A stretch of DNA of 64,000 nucleotides from Candidatus Eiseniibacteriota bacterium. GTDB taxonomy: Bacteria > Eisenbacteria > RBG-16-71-46 > SZUA-252. Below, in pieces: positions 10,246 through 18,377 of this stretch (position 1 is its first letter; every line of letters begins with the position of its first letter). The notes beneath the pieces are model-generated. The model made no database searches and was not told the origin of the DNA. It worked only from the letters and a program-made list of their open reading frames with translations. Position numbers and translations under genes: made by a program. The stretch spans positions 1,440,001 through 1,504,000 of the forward strand of contig OY969801.1 in the NCBI GenBank assembly GCA_963703225.1, in the 5' to 3' direction.

Positions 10246-11631
10246 ATGCGGGTCACATTTTGGGGGGCGGCTCGGACCGTCACGGGCTCCAAGCACCTCC
10301 TGACCGGAGCGTCGGGGACCGTCCTGCTGGACTGCGGTCTCTTCCAAGGTCGGCGTGCGGAGGCCGAAGCGAGGAATCGAGCGCTCCCGTTCGGCGCGCG
10401 GTCGGTGGACGCCGTGGTCCTCTCCCACGCGCACATCGATCACTCGGGCGCGCTTCCGCTGCTCTGCAAGAGCGGGTACGAAGGACCGATCCACGCGACC
10501 GGGGCGACCACCGATCTCTGCCGGGCGATGCTCCTCGACGCGGCGCACATCCAGGTGAAGGACGCCGAGTGGATGAATCGGCGCCGGCGCGGCGACCGCC
10601 GCGGCCCCTTTGAGCCGCTCTATGGCCCGGCCGACGCGGAGCAAGCGCTCTCCCAATTCGTGTCGCACGACTACGACCGTCCCTTCGAGCCGATCGAAGG
10701 ACTCTCGGTGACCTACCAGGACGCGGGGCATATCGTCGGGTCGGCCTCCGTATCGCTTCGGTGGGGCCGGAACGGAGACGCCCGCTCGCTGGTCTTCTCG
10801 GGCGATCTGGGCCGCCCGGGCCGCGCCATCCTTCGCGATCCGGTGCCGCTCCCGCGCGCGGACTACCTGATCACCGAGGGAACGTACGGGGGAAAGCACC
10901 ACCCGGACGAGGCGACCCTCTGGACCGCGCTGGAGGCGGTCGTCCGGGACGCGCTCTCGCGCCGGGGGCGAATCGTGATCCCAGCGTTCGCGATCGGGCG
11001 GACGCAGGACATCGTCCACGCCCTCGACCGCCTCTTCCGGGCCGGGCGGCTTCCCGAGATTCCGATCTTCATCGACAGTCCCCTCGCCGCCGACGTGCAG
11101 TCGATTGTCCGCAAGCACCCCGAGGTCTTCGACGAGGAGACCGCCGCGGCGCTTCGCGCGGGCGGCGATCCCCTGGGCATGACCAAGGTGACCCTGATCC
11201 GAGAGGCGGCCGATTCGATGAGGCTGAATGACCGGACGGGGACATTCATCACCGTCTCGGCTTCGGGGATGTGCGAAGGGGGCCGCATCCTCCATCACCT
11301 GAAGCACACGATCGAGGACCCTCGCAACACGGTGGTCATCATCGGCTACCAGGCGGAGGGAACTCTCGGAAGGCGGCTCGTCGACAAGGCTCCGGAGGTC
11401 AAGATCCTCGGGGAGGTCCACCCGGTGCGCGCCAAGGTGGTCGTCCTGAACGGATTCAGCGCCCACGCCGACCATGACGCGCTCGTCGCGCAGGCCGCCT
11501 CGTGCGGCGCGGGCAAAGGAGTCGCGGTCGTGCACGCGGACGTCGAGCGGGCCGAAGCGCTGCGCGCCGGTCTGGCTCAAAGAGAATGGACACGCATCCC
11601 GAGCGAAGGGGAGACCTGGGAGCTCTCATGA
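10246..11631 (+). CDS. MBL-fold beta-CASP ribonuclease
   Basis: GAARTVTGS, LDCGLFQG, SHAHIDHSG, AGHIVGS, FSGDLG, SGMCEGGRILHH, FSAHAD. Confidence 0.9.
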   Translation: MRVTFWGAARTVTGSKHLLTGASGTVLLDCGLFQGRRAEAEARNRALPFGARSVDAVVLSHAHIDHSGALPLLCKSGYEGPIHATGATTDLCRAMLLDAAHIQVKDAEWMNRRRRGDRRGPFEPLYGPADAEQALSQFVSHDYDRPFEPIEGLSVTYQDAGHIVGSASVSLRWGRNGDARSLVFSGDLGRPGRAILRDPVPLPRADYLITEGTYGGKHHPDEATLWTALEAVVRDALSRRGRIVIPAFAIGRTQDIVHALDRLFRAGRLPEIPIFIDSPLAADVQSIVRKHPEVFDEETAAALRAGGDPLGMTKVTLIREAADSMRLNDRTGTFITVSASGMCEGGRILHHLKHTIEDPRNTVVIIGYQAEGTLGRRLVDKAPEVKILGEVHPVRAKVVVLNGFSAHADHDALVAQAASCGAGKGVAVVHADVERAEALRAGLAQREWTRIPSEGETWELS

Positions 11632-13623
11632 CGCGGGAAGGTGGACGGCTGCGGTCGATGGGATTCCGCGTCGGGGATCGCGTGGTCCACCGCTCGTTCG
11701 GTGAGGGACTGATCGTCGAGGTTCGTGAGCGCGACGGCTTCGAGGTGCTCGAGATCGCGTTCGCCGACGGCATCCGAAGGCTCACGTCCCTCTATCCGCT
11801 CGAGCCGGCGAGGGGTGCCGGCCGCGCGACCTCGGCTCCAGCCGTCTCGGCGGCGTCTGCCGCGCCCGCGTTTCGGCTCGGCACGGAATTCCCGACGCGA
11901 GGGAAGTTCCGGATCGCTGCCGGGGCGGAGGAGCTGTTCCAGCGTCTCGCGGTCGGCCCCTACGACTCGGCAAAGGATCACGAGATCCGGTTGCGGGTCG
12001 AGCGCTACACGCTCCACCGCGGCTTCGATCGGCTCCTCTGCATCGATCGGCTCCGGGATGTCCAGAAGTACGAGCATCAGATCCAGGCCGCCATCACCGT
12101 GCTTCGTCGGATGCGGGGCCGGTCGCTCCTCGCGGACGAGGTGGGCCTGGGGAAGACGATCGAGGCAGGGCTGGTGCTCAAGGAATATCTGCTCCGCGGC
12201 CTCGTGCAGCGGGCCCTGGTCCTGGTGCCGGCATCCCTGGTCGAGCAGTGGGACCAGGAGCTCCGGCGAAAGTTCGACCTGGAATTCGCCGTCCTGAAGC
12301 ACGGCACTCCCTGGTGGGAGGAGCCGCTCCTCCTCGCGTCGATGGACACCGCCAAACTCTTGCGCCACCGGGACAAGGTGGCCGCTGCCTCATTCGACCT
12401 GGTGATCGTGGACGAGGCCCACCGACTGAAGAACCAGAAGACGCTCGCGTGGAAATTCCTGGATCGGCTGGCGCCGCGGTATCTCCTTCTCCTGACCGCG
12501 ACCCCGGTCCAGAACGATCTCCACGAGCTCTACAACCTGGTCCAGCTGCTGCGTCCCGGGCTCCTCGGCACCTATCGCGCCTTTGGCCGTGAGTTCATGC
12601 GCCGGGGGGACCGGCGGATGCCGCAGAACACCGGCCGTCTGGCCACCCTTCTGGGCGAAACCATGATCCGCACGACCCGCGCCAGCACCTCGATCCGGTT
12701 CCCGAAGCGCGAGGTGACCAACGTCCTGTTCGACCTGAGCCCCGCCGAGCGCGGGAATCTACGACGACGTGTCGCGACTGGTGCGGCGTCTGGTGCAGGG
12801 GCAACGGGATCCGCGCCGCGGCGCGGTCAAGCTCACGCTCCTCACGCTCCAAAAGGAGATCGGATCGAGCACGTTCGCGGCGGTCCCGACTCTCGGCAAA
12901 CTTCTCGCCAGGGAATCGCCGGGGCCTCCGCGCGGAGACCTGGAAGAGCTTCTGACGCGGGCGCGCGCCATCGACACGAACGCAAAGTACGAAGGGATCG
13001 CTCGCATCGTGGAGTCCTCCCGCGACAAGCTGGTCGTCTTCACCCAGTTTCGCGCGACTCTCGAGTTTATCGCCCGCTCGCTGCGCGCGTCGGGCGTTCG
13101 GACGAGCGTCTTTCATGGCGCCCTCAGCCTTCGCGAGAAGGAAGAGGCGATCGCGCAGTTCCGGGACCGCTCGCGCGTGCTGGTAAGCACCGAAGCGGGT
13201 GGGGAAGGCCGAAACCTCCAGTTCTGCCGCCTCCTCGTGAACTACGACCTCCCGTGGAATCCGATGCGGATCGAGCAGCGGATCGGCCGGATCCATCGGC
13301 TCGGCCAGACGCACGACGTTCATGTGTTCAATTTCACGGCGCGGAACACGGTCGAGGCCTACGTGCTCGAGATCGTCCACGAGAAGATCAACCTCTTCCG
13401 GTCGGTGATCGGAGACCTGGACATGGTGCTCGGCCCCTACGCCGAGGCGGGATCGTTCGAGGACGCGGTCTTCAACATCTGGGCCAACGCCCGCGGTGAC
13501 CGGGACCTCGAGCGGGAGTTTGGAAAGTTGGGCGTCGCGCTCAGCGTGGGCCGAAAACGATACGACGCGGTGGAGGAGCTGGACCGCAGACTCCTGGATG
13601 GCCTGGACAATGGCGACTCGTAG
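11628..13623 (+). CDS. Snf2-family helicase (YqhH/RapA-like) with N-terminal Tudor-like domain; frameshift near 12757
   Basis: LADEVGLGKTIEAG, DEAH, LTATPVQN in ORF 11502. STEAGGEGRNLQ and LPWNPMRIEQRIGRIHRLGQ in ORF 12769. Confidence 0.88.
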
Positions 13624-14427
13624 GCGCGGAGACGCGGGGCGAGCTGCCGGAGATCCTGGCTTCGATCCTGGAAGCGCGGGGGGCGACGGTGGCCAAGCGG
13701 GGCACGGTCTGGGAGGCCGCGATCCCGTCGGAGCTCACCCGGGGCCTGGGGGTCGACCGGGTTCGCCTCGTGGCGGCGCCCGCCGGTCGGGCGGCCCGAG
13801 GCGCGGAGATGGACGCCGCGATGACCGAGCGGATCCTGCTGCTGGGTCGCTCGCACGGCGAGGTGACTCGATTGGTGGCACGCGTTCCGTCGCCCGAAAG
13901 GATCTCGCCGCGGCGGCGCGGCAGTGGGTCCGGCTTCACTGGCGAATCCGCTATGGAAGCGACGATCTCGCGGAGGAGCTTCTGGTGCAGCGTCTGCCGG
14001 TGGGCTCGACGGCGGGCATGAGCGCTCCCAGCGACGGGGTTCTGCGCGAGCCGACGCCCGAGGAGTCGAAGAGCTTGGGGCCGCCCGACCCGCAGCTCCT
14101 CGAGGCTGCCTGGGTCCGCGGACTCCGACAGCTGGAGTCGAGGATCCGCCGAAGATTGCGCCCCCACGAGGACCGGATGCGTCGAGAGCTCCACCGGGAG
14201 ATGCGGACCCTGAGCACCCACTTTCGGTCGCTGATCGCCGAGGAACGGACGGGCCGCGGCGCCGCGAAGAGGGACGGGAGGCGGGCCGGATCCTCCAGTT
14301 AAAGGAGGACTGGGAGCGGAAGCTGGCGGCCGCGATCCGCCAGCGCGCGCTCGACACGGAAGCGAGGCTCGTGGCGGCGGCGCTCCTCACGGTGCTCCCC
14401 GAATCCCGAGGACCCAAGGCGGTTTGA
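13610..14427 (+). CDS. Hypothetical protein coupled to the Snf2 helicase (possibly YqhG-like), several frameshifts
   Basis: ATG overlaps the helicase end. Plausible coding segments switch among three frames, with a helical C-terminal part (LESRIRRRLRPHEDRMRRELHRE). Confidence 0.4.
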
Positions 14428-14482
14428 CAGGGCGTCGGTCCGCCTCGGTAGACTCAGCGGCTTACCCTACCCTAGGAGGAAC

Positions 14483-15184
14483 ATGACCACCCATCTGGTG
14501 AAGCGCCAGAAGATGACGAAGCGGCAGATGAAGGAAGATCCGCTCGTCACCGCGGCTGGAAGGGCCATGGATCAGTGGGAGCGGCATGGAAGCCGGATCC
14601 TGATCGTGGCGGGGATCGTGGCCCTCGTGGGACTTCTGGTCTTCTTCATGGCGCAGGCCCGGTCCAAGGCCGAGGTCAAGGCATCCGGTGAGCTGTTCCG
14701 AGCGTCGCTGGTGGTCAACCAGGGCGACTACGCGTCGGCCGCGCCGATGCTCCAAGAGATCATCGATAAGGAACCCGGCACGAACGCGGCGCGGGAAGCG
14801 ATGCTCTACCTGGGGGACTGCTTGATGGGGCAGAACAAGGCCTCCGACGCGGCGACCTGGTACCGGAAGTACATTCAGAAGTCAGGTCGGGATCGAGGGA
14901 AGCAGCGGATCGGCTATTTCGCCCTCGGGACCGCCCTCGAGGATAGCCGGGAATTCCGTCAAGCCGCGGACGCCTATGCCGAGTCCGCCAAGCGCTCCGA
15001 CAGCGTGAACGAGCGCGGCCGCGCCATGCTCGCGCAAGCCCGCTGTCTCTTCCGCGCGGGCCAGAATGCCAAGGCGGTCGAGATCTACAAGGCGGTGGTC
15101 GCCCTGCCGGGAGCGGATGTGCCGATCGTGGACGTGGCGAACGGCCGGCTCGGAGAGATCCAGGCGGCACCGCAGAGCCCGTAG
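14483..15184 (+). CDS. Membrane-anchored tetratricopeptide-repeat protein (YfgM-like)
   Basis: AGGAGG RBS, one TM helix, TPR-like repeats. Confidence 0.75.
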   Translation: MTTHLVKRQKMTKRQMKEDPLVTAAGRAMDQWERHGSRILIVAGIVALVGLLVFFMAQARSKAEVKASGELFRASLVVNQGDYASAAPMLQEIIDKEPGTNAAREAMLYLGDCLMGQNKASDAATWYRKYIQKSGRDRGKQRIGYFALGTALEDSREFRQAADAYAESAKRSDSVNERGRAMLAQARCLFRAGQNAKAVEIYKAVVALPGADVPIVDVANGRLGEIQAAPQSP

Positions 15185-15197
15185 CTCCACCGGGCCG

Positions 15198-17390
15198 ATG
15201 CCGGAACCGATACGGCTCGCTCTGGTGTGGCACATGCACCAGCCGAGCTATCGAGACGCGGAGACCGGCGGGCTTCTCCTTCCTTGGGCTCGGCTCCACG
15301 CCACCAAGGACTATCGGGACATGGCGGCCACCCTGGCCCGCTACCCCCGGGTCCACGCCACGTTCAATCTCACTCCGATCCTGCTCGATCAGCTCGATGG
15401 GATCGCTTCCGGTGGGACCGATCCCTACACCACCGTCGCCAGAACCCCAGCCGAGACGCTGAGCGGGCCGGATCGGCAATTTCTTCTCGCGCACTTCTTC
15501 GATCTCCACCACGAGCGGATGCTCGATCCCTACCCTCGCTATCGGGATCTCTTCGAGCGGGCGCGGCAGCTGCCCGCGCAGACGGGGCAGGGCTCCGACG
15601 CGACGCCCGCCCTTTCCGTGCAGGATCTCCGGGATCTTCAGGTCTGGTTCCACCTCGCCTGGATCGATCCCTCCCACCGGCATGACGAGCCGGTTCGCTC
15701 GCTCTTCGAGAAGGGGCGCGGGTTCACCGAGGAGGAGAAGATCGCGCTCTTGAAATGGGGCGCCGAGTGCGCGGGCTCGATCGAAGGGGTCTATCGCGCG
15801 CTCGAGGCGGGGGGTCAGATCGAGATCTCCACCTCGGCCTATCATCATCCGATCCTACCCCTCTTGATCGACAGCGACTCGCCGAGGGAATCCTCCGCCT
15901 CGATCCCGCTGCCGAATCCGGCCTATCGAGCTCCGGCGGACGCGGAGACGCAGATCCGGCGCGCGAGAGAGGCGCACGCGCGCCGATTCGGGCATCCGCC
16001 CCGGGGGACCTGGCCGCCGGAAGGCGCGGTCAGCCAGGCGACGCTCGCGCAGCTGGCCGCGGCCGGATTTCGGTGGGTCGCTTCCGACGAGGCGGTCCTC
16101 GCGGCCGCGATGGCGGGGAAGGGAACGGATCACCCCGCCTGGCCCGGCCCCCTCTACACGGCCCATCGCGTCGAAACCACGTCGGGGCCGATCGCGATGG
16201 TCTTTCGCGATCGGATGCTCTCCGATCTCATCGGATTCACCTACTCGCGCTGGGACCCACGCGACGCGGCGGAGGACTTCGTGCGACGGGTCCGCGAAGT
16301 GCGCCGGGCCTTACCCGACGACGAAAGCCCGCTCGTGACCGTGATCCTGGACGGGGAGAACTGCTGGGAGTTTTACGCCGAGGATGGAAACCCGTTCCTC
16401 GCGGAGCTCTATCGACTGCTGGAGGCCGACCCAGAGATCGAGCCGGTCACGGTCAGCGAAGCGCTCGATCGGGTTCCGCCCGTGTCCCGGCTCCACCACG
16501 TGCCGGTCGGGTCCTGGATCCGCGCCGACCTCGGCATTTGGGTCGGGCACCCCGAGAAGAATCGGGCGTGGGCGGAGCTCGGCCGAGCCCGCGAAGCTGT
16601 CCTGAAAGCCGCCGGAGCCGGAGTGGCCGGCGCTGCGGCGGCCCTCGAGCAGATCTACGCCGCCGAGGCGAGCGATTGGTTCTGGTGGTATGGGGACGAC
16701 CACCCGAGCACGCACCGGGAGACGTTCGATCGGCTCTTCCGCTCGAGGCTGATCGCGGCGTACCGCGAGATCGGAATCGCCACGCCCGCCTCGTTGCTGC
16801 AGAGCCTCCGCTCCGGCCAACCGGGGCCGGTGGGGGAAGCCGGTGCGGTGACGGATGAGCCGGGGGCGATCGCGTACGTGCGCCCGGCGCTCGACGGGCG
16901 GGAGACCGACCTCGGGGAATGGCGGGAAGCGATCGTCCACGACTTGGCGGGCTCCACGGGGAGCATGCATCGCGTTTCCGGCATCATGCGGACGGTCCGG
17001 TTCGGCACCGATGGAAGCGAGCTCTACATCCGCGTCGATCTGGAAGTCCCGAACGAGATGCCCTCGGATCTGTCCGTCGGGATTGAGTTCTCGGGAATCG
17101 AGAAGCCGCTCGCCAGAGTGGCGCTCGGCTCGGGCCGGCAGGGCGTTCCCACTTGGAGCGGTCCCGATCGCGGGGGGGCGGCCGTCGACCCTGGAGAATA
17201 CGCGCTCGACGAAATTCTCGAGATCCGCCTCCCTCTCGAAGCGTGCGGCAGGGGACGAGTGCGCTCGCTCCAATTCCGGGTCCTCTTGGAACAGCGGGGA
17301 CAGCCGGCTGAGACGGCGCCCCACGGCGGGTGGTTCGAGCTTCTCGTTCCACCGGAGGACCCGCGCGCTTCGCTCCGGTCCACCGTCTGA
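15198..17390 (+). CDS. Glycoside hydrolase family 57 (amylopullulanase-like)
   Basis: WHMHQP, HATKDY, HHPILPLL, WPPEG, ILDGENCWE, AEASDWFWW. Confidence 0.9.
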   Translation: MPEPIRLALVWHMHQPSYRDAETGGLLLPWARLHATKDYRDMAATLARYPRVHATFNLTPILLDQLDGIASGGTDPYTTVARTPAETLSGPDRQFLLAHFFDLHHERMLDPYPRYRDLFERARQLPAQTGQGSDATPALSVQDLRDLQVWFHLAWIDPSHRHDEPVRSLFEKGRGFTEEEKIALLKWGAECAGSIEGVYRALEAGGQIEISTSAYHHPILPLLIDSDSPRESSASIPLPNPAYRAPADAETQIRRAREAHARRFGHPPRGTWPPEGAVSQATLAQLAAAGFRWVASDEAVLAAAMAGKGTDHPAWPGPLYTAHRVETTSGPIAMVFRDRMLSDLIGFTYSRWDPRDAAEDFVRRVREVRRALPDDESPLVTVILDGENCWEFYAEDGNPFLAELYRLLEADPEIEPVTVSEALDRVPPVSRLHHVPVGSWIRADLGIWVGHPEKNRAWAELGRAREAVLKAAGAGVAGAAAALEQIYAAEASDWFWWYGDDHPSTHRETFDRLFRSRLIAAYREIGIATPASLLQSLRSGQPGPVGEAGAVTDEPGAIAYVRPALDGRETDLGEWREAIVHDLAGSTGSMHRVSGIMRTVRFGTDGSELYIRVDLEVPNEMPSDLSVGIEFSGIEKPLARVALGSGRQGVPTWSGPDRGGAAVDPGEYALDEILEIRLPLEACGRGRVRSLQFRVLLEQRGQPAETAPHGGWFELLVPPEDPRASLRSTV

Positions 17391-17446
17391 GGGGCACCGC
17401 CTTGGGTCTCCTTGACGACCCCGAGGGGGCGTGCTATTCGTGCGCC

Positions 17447-17824
17447 GTGTCGACCGACTCTCCCCAAGGCGCGATTTCGGAGAAAGAGATCGAAAGCGGC
17501 CGCCTCCTCGCCGCCGTGGCCTATCTTCCAGGGCTCTGCTTCGTGGGCCTCCTCACCGCGCCCGACAACCGGTATGTTGGGTTTCATGCCCGGCAAGGTT
17601 TTCTGGTCCTCCTGCTCGAAATCACCGCTTGGATCGCGATCGCCGTCTATGAGGGGTCGATCGGCCGTATCCCGGTTCTCGGGTTTCTGGTCGGCGCGGT
17701 GGTCCGGTTCGTCCTCGGGATTGGGTTTTTGGCCATGACCCTCTACGGCGTCATCAAGGGCGCCGCGGGCGAGATGGCCCGAATCCCGCTCCTGGGCGAC
17801 GCGATCGAGAAGATCCCATTCTGA
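17447..17824 (+). CDS. Small membrane protein (DUF4870-like)
   Basis: LAAVAY...VGFHARQG...RIPLLG pattern; GTG start just after a promoter-like element. Confidence 0.6.
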   Translation: MSTDSPQGAISEKEIESGRLLAAVAYLPGLCFVGLLTAPDNRYVGFHARQGFLVLLLEITAWIAIAVYEGSIGRIPVLGFLVGAVVRFVLGIGFLAMTLYGVIKGAAGEMARIPLLGDAIEKIPF

Positions 17825-18210
17825 TGTCGAGCCCTGGCGAAAAGCGGTTCTGGCTGCTCCGGCGCCTCTCCAAGGCGTTCAGCGTGGCAGCCTGGATCGT
17901 CCTCGTCCTGGTCGTGATCGTGACGCCCGTCGCGGTCGCCCGCGCGATCTTCCAGCGTAACCACGAAGAGCTGGTCTTCTGGATGAGCTATGCCGCCTCG
18001 GGCCTTCTGATCTTCATCAACCTGATCTGGGTTGCGCAGTCGATCCAGGCAATCCTCGCGATCGAGGAGAACACCCGGCACGCGGGGTACGTCCTCGAGA
18101 AGCTGACCACGCTGGCGCAGCAGATCAGGGACCGGCTGCCGGAGGAGTCCGAGGGGACGGACCGAGGCAGCCGCCCTCAGGGGCCGGACAGCGGGCCGAT
18201 CGGGCCCTAG
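17824..18210 (+). CDS. Hypothetical membrane protein
   Basis: Two hydrophobic helices followed by AIEENTR; coupled to the upstream gene. Confidence 0.55.
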   Translation: MSSPGEKRFWLLRRLSKAFSVAAWIVLVLVVIVTPVAVARAIFQRNHEELVFWMSYAASGLLIFINLIWVAQSIQAILAIEENTRHAGYVLEKLTTLAQQIRDRLPEESEGTDRGSRPQGPDSGPIGP

Positions 18211-18233
18211 GCGGGCTCCAGCGTGGTCTGTAT

Positions 18234-18261
18234 TTGTCGCATAATAACTATTATGTCAACT
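18234..18261 (+). other. dif site (XerC/XerD chromosome dimer resolution site)
   Basis: TTGTCGCATAA-TAACTA-TTATGTCAACT versus E. coli GGTGCGCATAA-TGTATA-TTATGTTAAAT. It is an AT-rich island in an intergenic region where gene orientation converges. Confidence 0.85.
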
Positions 18262-18315
18262 TGCGCACGGGCTGGAGTGCCTAGGGTCCAGGCCGAGGTG
18301 TGCGCAAGTTGACAT
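18253..18315. repeat. Perfect 16-bp inverted repeat overlapping the dif XerD arm
   Basis: ATGTCAACTTGCGCAC (18253-18268) and GTGCGCAAGTTGACAT (18300-18315), 31-nt spacer. Confidence 0.9.
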
Positions 18316-18377
18316 GAATAGCGCGCTGGCGGACTTCCCTGCACCGTGGAGCCAGATAGTCGTCCGAGGCCGCGCGC

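Noticed and set aside
8311..11580. 1089-aa antisense ORF and many similar long overlapping ORFs
   Set aside because: These are shadow ORFs typical of high-GC coding DNA, lying opposite recognisable genes and lacking motifs.
10246..14427. MBL nuclease + Snf2 helicase as an anti-phage defence system
   Set aside because: The composition is native, the context is housekeeping and there are no defence partner genes. An RNA-metabolism role is more parsimonious, though defence is not excluded.
14424..14454. TTGACA...TAGACT promoter candidate
   Set aside because: The 19-nt spacer is atypical, so it was not called.
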